Source: a virus (lineage: Duplodnaviria > Caudoviricetes). Taken from it: a stretch of DNA of 64,000 nucleotides. The notes under the pieces are model-generated. The model did not search any database, was not told the DNA's origin, and saw only the letters and a list, made by a program, of their open reading frames with translations. The DNA is taken from the IMG/VR virus record IMGVR_UViG_2895791493_000001, positions 35,726 through 99,725 of that record, one strand, 5' to 3'. The position numbers and the translations under genes were made by a program. Shown one piece after another: positions 53,908 through 64,000 of the stretch. Position 1 is the first letter of the stretch. The number at the start of each line of letters is the position of its first letter.

Positions 53908-54176
53908 CCACCATCCAGCCCCGCACCGCCGCTGCCACCACCCGCCCCGCCCTGCTGACCCGCCGCGCGGTCCGGTACATCCTCGCCATCGTCGCCGTGG
54001 TGCTCTTCGCGGGCGTGGCCGGTGCGCTGGACCAGGAGCGCATCACGGTCCGCCTGCTGGCCAGCCTCGTGCCGTTCCTGCTGTTGGCGGTCATGCTGCT
54101 GCTGGCCGCGTTCGCGCTCCGCCCCACGCGCGACCACAGCGACCTGATCGACTCCGGCCCCCTGGAGCTGTTCTGA
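53904..54176 (+). CDS. Small 2-TM membrane protein
   Basis: Two hydrophobic segments, SD AGGAG. Confidence 0.6.
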   Translation: MTTIQPRTAAATTRPALLTRRAVRYILAIVAVVLFAGVAGALDQERITVRLLASLVPFLLLAVMLLLAAFALRPTRDHSDLIDSGPLELF

Positions 54177-54577
54177 TGGCAGCCCCCCGCAACCGCGTGC
54201 CCAGCGGCCGGCAGAAACGCCGCGTGCTCCGCGTCCTGCTGACCATGTCCCCCCTGACCACCGCCACGCTCTGCCAGGCGTTCGAGTTCAGCGACGAGCA
54301 CACCTGCACGCTCGCCTGGAACCTCCTCCAGCAACGGCTCGTGCGGCGCGTGCCGGCTCCCATGCTCCAGGCGCACCGCAGCCAGGGCCGCGCCCATCAC
54401 GCCCTGGTGCCCGCCCCCATCGCCGCCCTGCTGATCTACCGCCGCCCCACGCCCCTGCGCCCCACCGCGCACCTGATCGCGCTGAGCGAACTCGTGGACG
54501 GCACGTTCCGGGACGCGGACGCCCTGATGCTCAACCGCCCCCAGACCACCGCGCAGGACATGGCAGGTGCCGCGTGA
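54176..54577 (+). CDS. Winged-helix-like protein
   Basis: RVLRVL..MSPLTTATLC...LLQQRLVRR pattern. Confidence 0.5.
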   Translation: MAAPRNRVPSGRQKRRVLRVLLTMSPLTTATLCQAFEFSDEHTCTLAWNLLQQRLVRRVPAPMLQAHRSQGRAHHALVPAPIAALLIYRRPTPLRPTAHLIALSELVDGTFRDADALMLNRPQTTAQDMAGAA

Positions 54578-55134
54578 ACAGCGCCCTGGCCGCCCCGAAC
54601 GCAGACGCCGCCGAGATCCTGCGCCACGTGTACCACGGCAGCGGCGTGACGCGCGCCGAACTGACACGCACTCTGGAGGTGCGTGCAGGCATCGTGGCGG
54701 CCGCGCTGGACGCCTTCAAGGACGCCGGGTTGATCCACTTCGACGACCTGCGATACTACCCCAGCCTGAACGACGACACGGACGTCACCGCCCGCCGCGA
54801 GTACGCCCGACTGAGTGGCGCCCGCAGCTGCCGCACCTGTGGCTGCACCGACCAGTGGGCCTGCGAAGGCGGCTGCGACTGGGTGGACGAGGACCTGTGC
54901 AGCACCTGCGATCCCACGGTCATGCGCCTGAACCAGCGGACCTCGTTCGTGGTCGTCGAGAATGACGCGACGTACGTCGAGACGGAACTGGCAGACGACG
55001 AGTGCGTGCGCCTCAACATCCGCCGGGGCGAGAGCGTTTGCGCCGTAATACTCACACCATCGGAAGCGATCGCGGTCGCCACGAAGCTCCTGATGTACGC
55101 CAGCGCCGCCGAGAACGACGGGGAACTCCTGTGA
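54574..55134 (+). CDS. wHTH + Cys-rich zinc-finger protein
   Basis: GVTRAELTRTL; CRTCGCTDQWACEGGCDWVDEDLCSTC. Confidence 0.7.
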   Translation: MNSALAAPNADAAEILRHVYHGSGVTRAELTRTLEVRAGIVAAALDAFKDAGLIHFDDLRYYPSLNDDTDVTARREYARLSGARSCRTCGCTDQWACEGGCDWVDEDLCSTCDPTVMRLNQRTSFVVVENDATYVETELADDECVRLNIRRGESVCAVILTPSEAIAVATKLLMYASAAENDGELL

Positions 55135-55922
55135 GCCGCCTGCAGGCCGCCATGGACCGCGACCGGGGCGCGCAGCAGGCCGCGACTGGACTGGTCGGTG
55201 ATCCCCTCAAGCTGCCCTTCGCGCGCATCCTTCAGGAAGCCCAGCAGATCCGCGTGAGCGAGGCGTACCGCCGCATGGTCACCGCCGGCGCGTGCGCCCT
55301 GACCGGCGGCCGCGCCGAGGGCCTGTACCTCGACACCATCAAGGGCCTGAGTGCCCACGATCTGGACGTCATCGTCCGCGCGTTCCGGCAGCTGATCGTG
55401 GACATGGAGCACCGCCCCTTCCTTGACCTGCTCGGGCCGCTGTACATGGAAATCGGCCACAAGCTGGACAAACAGGACCGGGGCGAATTCTTCACTCCCT
55501 TCTGCCTGAACCGCCTGATGGTGGACCTGATCGCCGCCGGCGACCCGCGCGCCATGTTCACGCCCGGCGAGATCCTCACCGCGAACGAACCCGCCTGCGG
55601 GACCAGCGGCATGGTCCTGGCGTTCGCCGAGCGCCTCACCAACCACGGCGTCAGCCCCCTGCACCTGCGCTGGACGGTACAGGACCTCAGCCAGACGAGC
55701 TGCTACGCCAGCTACATCAACCTGACCCTCTGGGGCGTCCCGGCCACCGTCATCTGCGGCGACACGCTGCGCATGACCGTGAACTGGGCGTGGCAGAACG
55801 TCCACTGGCACCAGGCGAAGCCCTGGCCCACCGCCGAGGAACGCCGCGCGCACGTCGCCGAGGTCATGCGCCAGGAGCGCTTCCTGCGCGTGTTCCAGGA
55901 ACTGTTCGTGGGGGCCGCGTGA
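55131..55922 (+). CDS. N-6 DNA methylase-like protein (HsdM-like fragment)
   Basis: DLLGPLYME...GEFFTP...EPACGTSGM...CGDTL; no NPPF/Y. Confidence 0.8.
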   Translation: MSRLQAAMDRDRGAQQAATGLVGDPLKLPFARILQEAQQIRVSEAYRRMVTAGACALTGGRAEGLYLDTIKGLSAHDLDVIVRAFRQLIVDMEHRPFLDLLGPLYMEIGHKLDKQDRGEFFTPFCLNRLMVDLIAAGDPRAMFTPGEILTANEPACGTSGMVLAFAERLTNHGVSPLHLRWTVQDLSQTSCYASYINLTLWGVPATVICGDTLRMTVNWAWQNVHWHQAKPWPTAEERRAHVAEVMRQERFLRVFQELFVGAA

Positions 55923-56416
55923 GCCGCCGCCGCCTCCTGCCGGAAACCTGGCTGGCCGGGCAACTCGTGTCGTACCGCGCCGCTCCTGGCCTGTACATCC
56001 CCAGCGTGGTCCTGCGCGACGCCGGAGAGCCCGCCCCGTCCCTGACCGTACACGTCCACGGGCAGGGCGAGGTGCAGGCCGCCCGGATGGACGTCACGCC
56101 CCGCTGCGCACCCATCGGCCACCCCCTGCAAGCCGGGGACGAGGTTCAGGGCCGCCTGATGGACCCGCACGGCCTCCCGCTGTTCGAAGGCGACTGGACC
56201 GTCACCCGCGTGGGCCTGAGTGTCACCCTCGTGAATCCCCGCGTGCCCGGCGAGCGCGTCGTGAACCCTGACTACCTCGTCGTGTGCCGCCGCGCCGATC
56301 TCGCCCTGGCCCTGGCGGAACTCCCAGCTACCGCCGAGCGCCGCGCTGGCACCCGGAGCGGGAAGCGCAACCCTGCCCGCCCGGACTTCGGCCCACTGTT
56401 CGGCGGTGCCCGATGA
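55919..56416 (+). CDS. Hypothetical protein
   Basis: GTGA coupling. Confidence 0.5.
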   Translation: MSRRRLLPETWLAGQLVSYRAAPGLYIPSVVLRDAGEPAPSLTVHVHGQGEVQAARMDVTPRCAPIGHPLQAGDEVQGRLMDPHGLPLFEGDWTVTRVGLSVTLVNPRVPGERVVNPDYLVVCRRADLALALAELPATAERRAGTRSGKRNPARPDFGPLFGGAR

Positions 56417-59034
56417 CGTTCCGCGCTGGCCAGACCGTCACCGGTCCCAGCCTGAGCGGCCCTGTGACCGGCACGGTCGTCCGCGTCCGCCCCAGCATCA
56501 TCGACCGCAGCGTCCTGATCGTCGACATCGACGTGGACGGCCAGGAGTACAACCTCCCCGCCGAGGACTGCGCCATCGCCCGCGCGCCCCGCGCCGCCAC
56601 CCCGGAGGAACCCGTGACCGCCACCGCCGAAGCGCCCCGCGCCGACCAGCCGGCCCCCGCCCCCAGCCACGGCTGGATGCATCCGAACAACTCCCACCTC
56701 GCCCACTGGGGCGACGGCACCCGCGTCCTGTGCGGCCGCATGGTCCCCGACGGCACCGAGATCGTGAACGCCGACCCGCACGCCGACGTGCAGCGCTGCT
56801 CGAAGTGCGACAAGGCGCTGCAACGGGACCTGAAGGCGGCCGTGGAGTCCAGCGACAGCCCGGCCGAATCCCCGGCCTATGCGCCCCAGGTCGGGGATGA
56901 CGTTCGCGTCCGCACGGGCCGCCACGACGTCGCCGTGATCGTCAACGTGCGCGGCGACGAGGTCCAGGTGCTCTACGCCGACGGCACCCGCCCGTGGGTG
57001 CCCGCCAGCGCCCTGGAGAAGGCCCACACCGCCGAACAGCCCGAGCAGATCCAGCCCGCTACCGCGACCGCCCCGGAGGCCAGCTGGGCGGTCGGGATGA
57101 CCGTGGAATTCACGTATCCCCATCCCAACCCTGACTCCCGCGCCCAGGGCATCATCACGAAGATCTTCGACGACGGTAATCGCCGGTACGACAAGGACTG
57201 CCAGGTCAAATACGGCAACGCCTTCTACTACCGCAACTTCGACGACCTCACCCTCATCGAAGTTCAGGAGAGCGCCCCGGCCCCTGCGGAACCCGTCAAG
57301 GAACCCCAGCCCACGGCGCCGGCCACCGCCGCGCAGTTCGAAGTGCCGCAGTTCGAAGCGCCCACGCTGGGCCTGCAGGCCGTGCCCTGGAACCGGATCC
57401 TGAACAGCAGCCTCAACCCCCGCAAGCACTTCGACGCGGACAGCCTGCGGGAACTCGCGGTCAGCATCTACCGCAAGGGCCTCCAGCAGAACCTCGTCGC
57501 CCGCCCCCACCCCGACCGCCCCGGCCACTTCGAGATCGCCGCCGGGGAGCGCCGCTGGCGCGCCATCGGCCTGCTCACCCAGGGCTTCGAGGTGGACGGG
57601 CACGAGTGGCTGGAATGGCCGGCCAGCACCCCCGTGAACGTCCTGGTGCAGGACCTCACGGACCTGGAACTGCTGGAGGTCGCCACGGCCGAGAACGTCC
57701 AGCGGCGCCGCATGACCCCCATCGAGGAGGCCGACGCCTTCGCCGCCCTCGCGGATCACGGCAGCCCGGTCGAGGACATCGCCGCGAAGTTCGGGTACAC
57801 CCGCCGGACCGTCATCCGCCGCATCCAGATCAGCCGCGCCCTGTCCCCGCTGCTGCGTGACGAGTTCAACACCGGCAACCTGACGCTCGCGCAGGTCGAA
57901 GTCCTCGTCACGGTCGCGCCGGAAGTGCAGGAGGCCGTCTGGAACGGGTACCTGCGCAGCAACCCGCGCCTGTACCCCCCGGAGCACATCCGCAAGCACC
58001 TACCGAACAACCTGTTCCTCGTCCGGCACCGGCAGTTCCCGCCCGCCTGGTACACCGGCGGGGTCGTCGAGGCGGACCTGTTCGACGACGTGGAACCGTA
58101 CTTCCAGGACCCGGCGCAGGCCATGGAATGCCAGCTGCGGCACGCACGGGTCCTGGCGGATCAGGACGTGGCGGGCGGCGCGGCGTTCGCGGAAGTCGTG
58201 CTGAACGCCATGCGCCACCACTACGGCGAGAACGGCAACGGCGTTGTGTACAGCGTCAAGAACGGCGGCGAGATGGAACGCTGGGAGAACATCGGCGCCC
58301 GCCGCAGCTGGTCTCCCCTGCCCGACGGCGGGTACAGCGTCAAGAACCCCACCCCGGACAGCAGCGTCCCGTCCAGCAGCGGCACCCAGGGCGCGGCTAC
58401 CCAGCCCGGTGCGGCCCAGACCAGTGCCGTTCAGGCAGACCGGCCCGCCGTGCCCAGATACCCGGCCCCGTGGTCCCTGGAGGACATCCGCATCGATGCG
58501 GCCCTGACCGGCCCTGACCGTCGCCGCCGCCTGCAGGCCGCGTACATCCTCGACAGCATGCTGGACCGCGAAGTCCCGCACATCACGCCCGAACTCACCA
58601 GCGCGGCCGATCGCCTGGAGCTGCTGTTCAGCACGCACCTGAAGCGCAACGGGGACGGCTGGACCCTGAGCGCCGAGCCCAAGGATGAGACGGCGGAACT
58701 CGCGGTCGCCACCGAGATCCTGCGCCTGCTGCTCACCCTGACCAGCGCGGACCTCGACACGCTGTTCTACGGGTACTTCCACCGCGAGTTGAGCTTCTCG
58801 AACACGGCCGCCCCGACCGCGCTGGGCAACCTGGACCCGTTCACGCTGACGGAAGGGTTCATGGGAGGCTGCGACACGCTCGCCCTTCAGGAGATCTGGG
58901 ACGACGCGGGCCTGGGCGACCGGGCGAACACCACGGACGAGTACCTGCGGTCGATGCTGCTCGAAGAGGCCCCCACCCTGGCCGCGCGTGGCTTCCTGCC
59001 CCGGCCCCTGCGCCCCGAGGCCGCCGATGACTGA
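56413..59034 (+). CDS. Large ParB/RepB/Spo0J-family protein with N-terminal SH3/KOW-like modules
   Basis: NPRKHFD...LRELAVSI...GLQQNL...IAAGERRWRA...ENVQRRRMTPIEEA + HTH. Confidence 0.9.
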   Translation: MTFRAGQTVTGPSLSGPVTGTVVRVRPSIIDRSVLIVDIDVDGQEYNLPAEDCAIARAPRAATPEEPVTATAEAPRADQPAPAPSHGWMHPNNSHLAHWGDGTRVLCGRMVPDGTEIVNADPHADVQRCSKCDKALQRDLKAAVESSDSPAESPAYAPQVGDDVRVRTGRHDVAVIVNVRGDEVQVLYADGTRPWVPASALEKAHTAEQPEQIQPATATAPEASWAVGMTVEFTYPHPNPDSRAQGIITKIFDDGNRRYDKDCQVKYGNAFYYRNFDDLTLIEVQESAPAPAEPVKEPQPTAPATAAQFEVPQFEAPTLGLQAVPWNRILNSSLNPRKHFDADSLRELAVSIYRKGLQQNLVARPHPDRPGHFEIAAGERRWRAIGLLTQGFEVDGHEWLEWPASTPVNVLVQDLTDLELLEVATAENVQRRRMTPIEEADAFAALADHGSPVEDIAAKFGYTRRTVIRRIQISRALSPLLRDEFNTGNLTLAQVEVLVTVAPEVQEAVWNGYLRSNPRLYPPEHIRKHLPNNLFLVRHRQFPPAWYTGGVVEADLFDDVEPYFQDPAQAMECQLRHARVLADQDVAGGAAFAEVVLNAMRHHYGENGNGVVYSVKNGGEMERWENIGARRSWSPLPDGGYSVKNPTPDSSVPSSSGTQGAATQPGAAQTSAVQADRPAVPRYPAPWSLEDIRIDAALTGPDRRRRLQAAYILDSMLDREVPHITPELTSAADRLELLFSTHLKRNGDGWTLSAEPKDETAELAVATEILRLLLTLTSADLDTLFYGYFHRELSFSNTAAPTALGNLDPFTLTEGFMGGCDTLALQEIWDDAGLGDRANTTDEYLRSMLLEEAPTLAARGFLPRPLRPEAADD

Positions 59035-59362
59035 ACCCGCCTTCACCCCGGCCGTGCACTTCGAACTGGAGTTCAAGTCCGACTACCGCCAGCTGCTGGG
59101 TCACCCTGGCCACCCGGCGCAGGTCATGTACGCCAGCGCCCTGCTGGCCGTGTTCGGGCTGCCCCTCAACACGCCCGTCCGCCTGAGCATCCGCTTCACG
59201 GACCGCAACCAGCTGATCGCCGTCAACGGCCCCGTGGCTCACGAGGCCTCTCCGGCGGAGGTCGGCGCGGCGCTGAACGCGGCGGGCGCCATCGTGGCCA
59301 CCACCTTCGTCCTGCAGACGCACGTGATCACCGACCTGAACGGGGAGGTCAGTCATGCGTGA
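59027..59362 (+). CDS. Hypothetical protein
   Basis: Overlap coupling. Confidence 0.55.
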   Translation: MTEPAFTPAVHFELEFKSDYRQLLGHPGHPAQVMYASALLAVFGLPLNTPVRLSIRFTDRNQLIAVNGPVAHEASPAEVGAALNAAGAIVATTFVLQTHVITDLNGEVSHA

Positions 59363-59624
59363 CCTGAACCGCCTTCAGTTCATGGCCGCCCCCCAGGGCA
59401 ACCAGACCGCCCGCGTGGCCGTCGCCGTGGTGGGCGGGGAGGTCGTCGCGCACGCCCGCACCCTCGCGGACGCCCTGACGCTCGAAGCGGGCTGGCACGC
59501 CTACATGCGCGGACGGCCCCGCGCTCACGGTGGGAACGCCCGCGAGCGGACGCACTGGTACCGCGGCTGGGACCGCGCGCAGGCCTGGGTCAAGCAGCGC
59601 AGCCGCGCCCGGCAGGTGGCGTGA
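59355..59624 (+). CDS. Hypothetical protein
   Basis: SD GGAGGT; C-terminal WYRGW (RMF-like pattern, weak). Confidence 0.55.
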   Translation: MRDLNRLQFMAAPQGNQTARVAVAVVGGEVVAHARTLADALTLEAGWHAYMRGRPRAHGGNARERTHWYRGWDRAQAWVKQRSRARQVA

Positions 59625-60160
59625 TGGACGTCCTCACCGCCCACAACGCACGCGGGTACCTGCACGCCGTCACCTGCGACAGCCCCGCCGGGTTTGGGGA
59701 ACTGTTCGCCCGCACCATGCGCGCTCAGGGCTGCACCGTCACGCGCCGCAGCATGGCCGACCACCTCGCCCAGATCGCCGCCGGCCGGGCGGGTCACGTC
59801 CGCGCGGACTCGCCCGCGCAGGTGGCCGCGCCCGCCCTTCCGGAAGTCGGAAGCACTCTCACGGTCCCGCACCTGGGCGCCGGCGTCGTGATCACCGTCC
59901 TGACCTGGCCGGACGGCACGCAGGCCGCACTGGTCCGCGCCCGCGATGGCGAGAGCCTCGCCCGGCCGGGCCAGTGGACGCCCCTGGATGCACCTACTCA
60001 GGCCACGCAGGACGCCCCACCACCTGAATCACCCATGCCGCCACCCGAACCACCCATCCAGCTGCCCGAACCACCCATCGACCCGCCCATGCCCGCCGCG
60101 CCCGTCCTCTCCGCCCCCACGTGCATGCCGACGCTGTTCGGCGACTGGAGCCCCGCATGA
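59621..60160 (+). CDS. Hypothetical protein with Pro-rich tail
   Basis: Coupled overlaps. Confidence 0.5.
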   Translation: MMDVLTAHNARGYLHAVTCDSPAGFGELFARTMRAQGCTVTRRSMADHLAQIAAGRAGHVRADSPAQVAAPALPEVGSTLTVPHLGAGVVITVLTWPDGTQAALVRARDGESLARPGQWTPLDAPTQATQDAPPPESPMPPPEPPIQLPEPPIDPPMPAAPVLSAPTCMPTLFGDWSPA

Positions 60161-61851
60161 CCGATCCCGCCCCCACCTACGCCATCCTCGACACCGACCT
60201 GCCCGCTGGCGGCAGCCTCAGCGACCGCATGGCCGTTCTGGAAAGCCGCGCCGACCTGATCGAAGGCCTGCGCGTCGAGATCGACGAGCACGAAGCCACC
60301 ATCCGCGACGCGAAGGTCCGCCGCGACGTCGCCGCCAGCCGCCTGAGCGTCGCCCTGCACGCCGCCGACCTGCTGCGCGACATCGAGCACTCCATCGCGC
60401 CGCTGCTCGGCACGGCCCGCCGCACCCACCTCCCGAGCGGCACCACGGCCGCCAGCCCTGCCCCGGACGGCCTGGCCAGCCTGATCGACACGCTCGAACC
60501 CGTCACCATCACGCCGGAACTGGAGCCCGCACCCGCCCAGGTGACCGAGTTGTCCGAACCGGACGTCCAGCCCAGCCCTGAACCCGTGGCCGTCACGAAC
60601 ACCCTGGACCTGGTGTTCCCCGCCGGGTTCGAACTCACCGCGCGGGCCGTGGTGTACCTCGACGTTCTCGCTCACCCCGGCGCGACCCTCCCCGAGATCA
60701 CAGACCGCACGGCCCTGCTGAGCAAGACCGTCAATGGCGTGCTCAGCCGTGGGACGGCCTGCCTGGACTTCTCCCGCGTCGGCGCGCCCAGCCAGTACAC
60801 CCTCACGGACAGTGGCGTCAGTTACCTGCGCCAGCTGCACGCCTACGCCGTGAGCCAGACGACCCAGGCGGAGGAAGACAGTCCCGAAGAGCCGGAAGAG
60901 GTTGACCCGGAACCCACTGTCGAAGCACTCGAGTCACCGGAAGTCCCTGCCGAGGAAGTCGCCGCCACGCAAGAACCTGCCGTGGAAACGCCGGTCGAGG
61001 AGAACCCTGCCCCCGCCCCGGATCCGGTCCGCGAGAAGGAGTCGATCAAGGCGGTCAAAGGGGCGCCAACCAAGCGGGCCAAACCGGCACCCGCCCAGCC
61101 GACTGAACCGACGGCTGGCAGCGCCCAGGCCCGCGCGCTGGACTTCCTGCGCGAACACGGCCCCGCCACCCCGCAGGGACTCGCCGCGCACCTCGGCATG
61201 CCCCGCCTGCCCACCGGCGCCGTGATCTCCCAGCTCGTGAAGCACGGGTACGCCACCCAGACGGACACCGACCCCAGGCTCATCCTGATTCCCGGCGACA
61301 CCCGCCTCCCCGCGAAACCCGCGCAGCAGGCGGCGGCCGGGCCGTCGGTCACGCTGACCGCGCCCGCTGACGCTGGCTCGCCCAGCCAGGAGGAACTCAA
61401 GGCCCGCCTCCGCGAGAACGCCGAAGCGGTCCGCGCGGTCCTCGGCAAGAAACCCATGACGGAACTGGACCTCCGAGCCAAGCTCCCCGACATGAACCTC
61501 AGCCACCTGCGCGCCGCACTCGGGTACCTCGAAGAAGGCGGCACCGTGCGCCGCGTGCCCGGCCCCACGCCCGCCAGCCGCGCCGCGTACGCCCTGGACG
61601 AACTGGACCTGCCCGCCCCGACCCTGGACCACCTGACCGCCGAGGGCCGCATGGTCGAGGTGCACCTCGCGCAGGTCACGGACCGCAGCGAACGGGACAC
61701 CGCGTCGAACATGGCCCTGAAACTCGGCCTGCCCCGCGAGCAGGTCGAGGAGGCCCTCGCGGTCCTGCACGCCCAGGGCCGCCTCCGCTGGAGCCGCACC
61801 GGGATGCTCGTCCACTACTCCCTCACGACCGCCGGCGAGGTGGCCGCGTGA
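60157..61851 (+). CDS. Protein with coiled-coil and ~4 winged-helix domains
   Basis: HPGATLPEIT, HGPATPQGLAAHLG, PMTELDL, TASNMALKLG repeats. Confidence 0.7.
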   Translation: MTDPAPTYAILDTDLPAGGSLSDRMAVLESRADLIEGLRVEIDEHEATIRDAKVRRDVAASRLSVALHAADLLRDIEHSIAPLLGTARRTHLPSGTTAASPAPDGLASLIDTLEPVTITPELEPAPAQVTELSEPDVQPSPEPVAVTNTLDLVFPAGFELTARAVVYLDVLAHPGATLPEITDRTALLSKTVNGVLSRGTACLDFSRVGAPSQYTLTDSGVSYLRQLHAYAVSQTTQAEEDSPEEPEEVDPEPTVEALESPEVPAEEVAATQEPAVETPVEENPAPAPDPVREKESIKAVKGAPTKRAKPAPAQPTEPTAGSAQARALDFLREHGPATPQGLAAHLGMPRLPTGAVISQLVKHGYATQTDTDPRLILIPGDTRLPAKPAQQAAAGPSVTLTAPADAGSPSQEELKARLRENAEAVRAVLGKKPMTELDLRAKLPDMNLSHLRAALGYLEEGGTVRRVPGPTPASRAAYALDELDLPAPTLDHLTAEGRMVEVHLAQVTDRSERDTASNMALKLGLPREQVEEALAVLHAQGRLRWSRTGMLVHYSLTTAGEVAA

Positions 61852-63023
61852 ACGCCCTCGGCAGCCGCTACCTGATCGCCCAGGCCGTGCAGGCCTCCCT
61901 GCGCGGCAAGGACCAGCGCCTCAAGTCGTACACCGTCGGCGAGCACGACCTCACGCTGCACCTCGACCGGGTGGAACTCACCGCCAGGAGTGAGCACGCC
62001 GCGCGGCGCATCGAGAACGTCATCCGCACCATGCCCGACGCGCAGCTCGGCCGGTACGTGCGCGACGCGGAACACCTCCTGAACCGCCTCCTGGCCCAGC
62101 AGACCGGGACGGCCTCCGCGCCCCTGATCCGCCTCGCGCTCAGCTGCGTGCAGTCGGGCGTGGCGGGCCTCATGCGCGGCGGCTCAAAGGTCGCCGTGAG
62201 CGACATCAACGCGCAGATCACGCAGTTCGACGAGCAGTTGTTCACCACCCTGAACAGCGAGCTGGAGTACGTCCGCGAGACTGCCCGTCTCCGCGTCGAA
62301 CAGAAGGACGCGGACATCCAGCGCCTGATCGCGCAGGCGGATCAGGAGATGAAAGCCGACTACGCCCGCTGCGTGGCGGACCTCGAAACCCGCAAGGCGG
62401 AACTGGACGCCCGTGAGGCCACGCTGCGCGAGCAGGTGGAGGCGGACCTGCAGATGGCCCTGCGTGCCGCCGATCAGGCCCAGGCGGACGCCAGTGAGGC
62501 CCGCCGGCAGCTGGACGCCGCGAGCGCCCAGATCACCCGCGAACGCGCCGCGCACGAACAGGCCCTCGCGGAATTGAAGCGCACCCTGGCCGCCGAGCGG
62601 ACCGCCACCATCAACCGCGACCGGGACACCCGCAACCAGATCCACCAGCTCGAACAGGACAAGCGAACCCTGTCGTCCACGGTCGGGCACCTCAACCAGG
62701 AGTGCGAACGCCTCGAGGCGGAACTCGCGACCGCCCGGACCGCCGCCCCCGAACCCGCCCCCGTTCCCGTCCCGGCTGCCCTGGAGGTCACCGCCATGCC
62801 CACCCCCACCCTGAACCCCCGACTGGCCGCCATGAGCTGCGCCGTGTACCTCACCGCGCACGGCATCCCCACCCGCGCCGACGGCGACCACCTCACCGGC
62901 GAGCAGACCGTCCAGCGCAGCGAACTGATCGTCGCGTGGTCCACCGAGTACCCGACCGACGAAGCCCGCCGCGCCCACCTGCGCGCCAGTATCCGCCCAC
63001 TCCTCGCCCAGGACGCCGCGTGA
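61848..63023 (+). CDS. Long coiled-coil protein
   Basis: Heptad E/R/Q/A-rich central region. Confidence 0.7.
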   Translation: MNALGSRYLIAQAVQASLRGKDQRLKSYTVGEHDLTLHLDRVELTARSEHAARRIENVIRTMPDAQLGRYVRDAEHLLNRLLAQQTGTASAPLIRLALSCVQSGVAGLMRGGSKVAVSDINAQITQFDEQLFTTLNSELEYVRETARLRVEQKDADIQRLIAQADQEMKADYARCVADLETRKAELDAREATLREQVEADLQMALRAADQAQADASEARRQLDAASAQITRERAAHEQALAELKRTLAAERTATINRDRDTRNQIHQLEQDKRTLSSTVGHLNQECERLEAELATARTAAPEPAPVPVPAALEVTAMPTPTLNPRLAAMSCAVYLTAHGIPTRADGDHLTGEQTVQRSELIVAWSTEYPTDEARRAHLRASIRPLLAQDAA

Positions 63024-63481
63024 CCACCCCGCCCGTCCTCCTGGCGCTGAGCGTTCAGGAACCCTGGAGTACCGCCATCCTGGATCTCGGCAAGGACGTC
63101 GAGAACCGCGACTGGCACCGCAGCCCCGGCCTGCTCGCCCAGGCCCGCCGCCTCGTCGGCCGGCGACTGATGCTGCACGCCGGGAAGACCTTCGACGACA
63201 GCGGCGTCCCGTTTATCCGCACGCTGACCGGGCAGCGCGTCCTGAAGACGGACTGCACCCTCGGCGCGGTCCTGGGTGTCGTCACCCTGAAGGCCGTCAC
63301 GGTTGACGGCAGGCCCACCAGCCGCTGGGCAGCCTGTGACGCCGTGCACCTGCACCTCGCCGACCCCATTCGCCTGACCGACCCCATCCGCTGCCGGGGC
63401 GCCCTGGGCTTCTTCTGCCCGGACGACACCGTGCAGGAACGGGTGCGCCGCCAGCTGGCCGCGCAGGGCGTGACGCTGTGA
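63020..63481 (+). CDS. ASCH-domain protein
   Basis: ALSVQEPW...GKDVENRDW...LHAG...RGALGFF. Confidence 0.88.
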   Translation: MTTPPVLLALSVQEPWSTAILDLGKDVENRDWHRSPGLLAQARRLVGRRLMLHAGKTFDDSGVPFIRTLTGQRVLKTDCTLGAVLGVVTLKAVTVDGRPTSRWAACDAVHLHLADPIRLTDPIRCRGALGFFCPDDTVQERVRRQLAAQGVTL

Positions 63482-64000
63482 CCACCCCGCTCAAGCCCGC
63501 CGCGCCGGAAACGGAAGGGCGCGGCCCCATGCTCCTGCGGGTCGCGCACGCCAACGCCGGCCGGTGGATCACCGTCACGCAACTGCGCGACCTGCTCGGC
63601 ATGGAAGAAACCAGGCACTACGCCAAACGGGCCGCGTACCTGCACCGCACCGGCCGTCTCGACCGCCAGCACGCCGCCGACCACCGCCCCGACCGCCCCC
63701 GCTTCGAGTACCGGTTCCGCGCGTGGCCGCAGACCCCGGCCCTGCGCGCCACGACCGAACTCGAAGCCGGCACGGACGCCAGCGAGGCCGCCCGCACCGC
63801 CCGGTACCAGCAGACCGTCACCCGCCGCCGCGCCGCCATCACGGCCGCCGCCGCGCAGATCCTGACCGTCCTGCGCGCCGCGCCCGGCCCCGTTCCGGAA
63901 CAGGACCTCCTGGCCGCCGTGTCGCACCTGAGCGTCACCACGGCCCGCGAGACGCTGACGTACCTCGTGCACGAGACGCAGGACGCCCTGATGATCACGG
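63478..64000 (+). CDS. Hypothetical wHTH-like protein, truncated by window end
   Basis: GTGA coupling; frame open to the end. Confidence 0.55.
   Translation, partial: MTTPLKPAAPETEGRGPMLLRVAHANAGRWITVTQLRDLLGMEETRHYAKRAAYLHRTGRLDRQHAADHRPDRPRFEYRFRAWPQTPALRATTELEAGTDASEAARTARYQQTVTRRRAAITAAAAQILTVLRAAPGPVPEQDLLAAVSHLSVTTARETLTYLVHETQDALMIT

Larger units (their letters stand above)
1..64000. mobile_element. Temperate siphovirus genome segment (prophage or phage-plasmid); ends not in window
   Basis: Complete terminase-portal-protease-capsid-tail-tape measure-lysis order, cI/cro switch and replication module; no host housekeeping genes. Confidence 0.95.

Overview
The whole 64-kb window is the interior of a GC-rich temperate siphovirus (prophage or phage-plasmid). 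No attachment sites or host genes are visible. The host is most likely Deinococcus-Thermus, inferred from GC content and repeated TANNNT-N6-ATG leaderless promoters. On the minus strand (1-50365) the order is lysis, morons, tail, head, terminase, a tRNA/tRNA-like cluster, many small early genes, a lambda-O-like initiator with internal iterons, a tyrosine recombinase (+ strand), a ~1.45-kb hairpin-rich non-coding region, and cro. A cI-like repressor follows on the + strand, and a rightward early operon (53109-64000) carries a methylase-like gene, a large ParB protein and an ASCH protein. The main candidate for a new system is a three-gene cassette inside the immunity region. It comprises a ~491-aa TPR protein, an unannotated 43-aa secreted propeptide ending in NDPCAEC, and a 60-aa acidic ORF converging on the repressor, all tied to a shared 15-bp operator. 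This resembles the arbitrium aimR-aimP-aimX peptide-communication layout, but with a different receptor architecture, a CxxC peptide and a non-Firmicute host. Secondary highlights are tRNA-shaped RNAs with closed anticodon loops and a lipoprotein paralogue of the tail SGNH esterase. All functional calls come from motifs read by eye; no searches were run.
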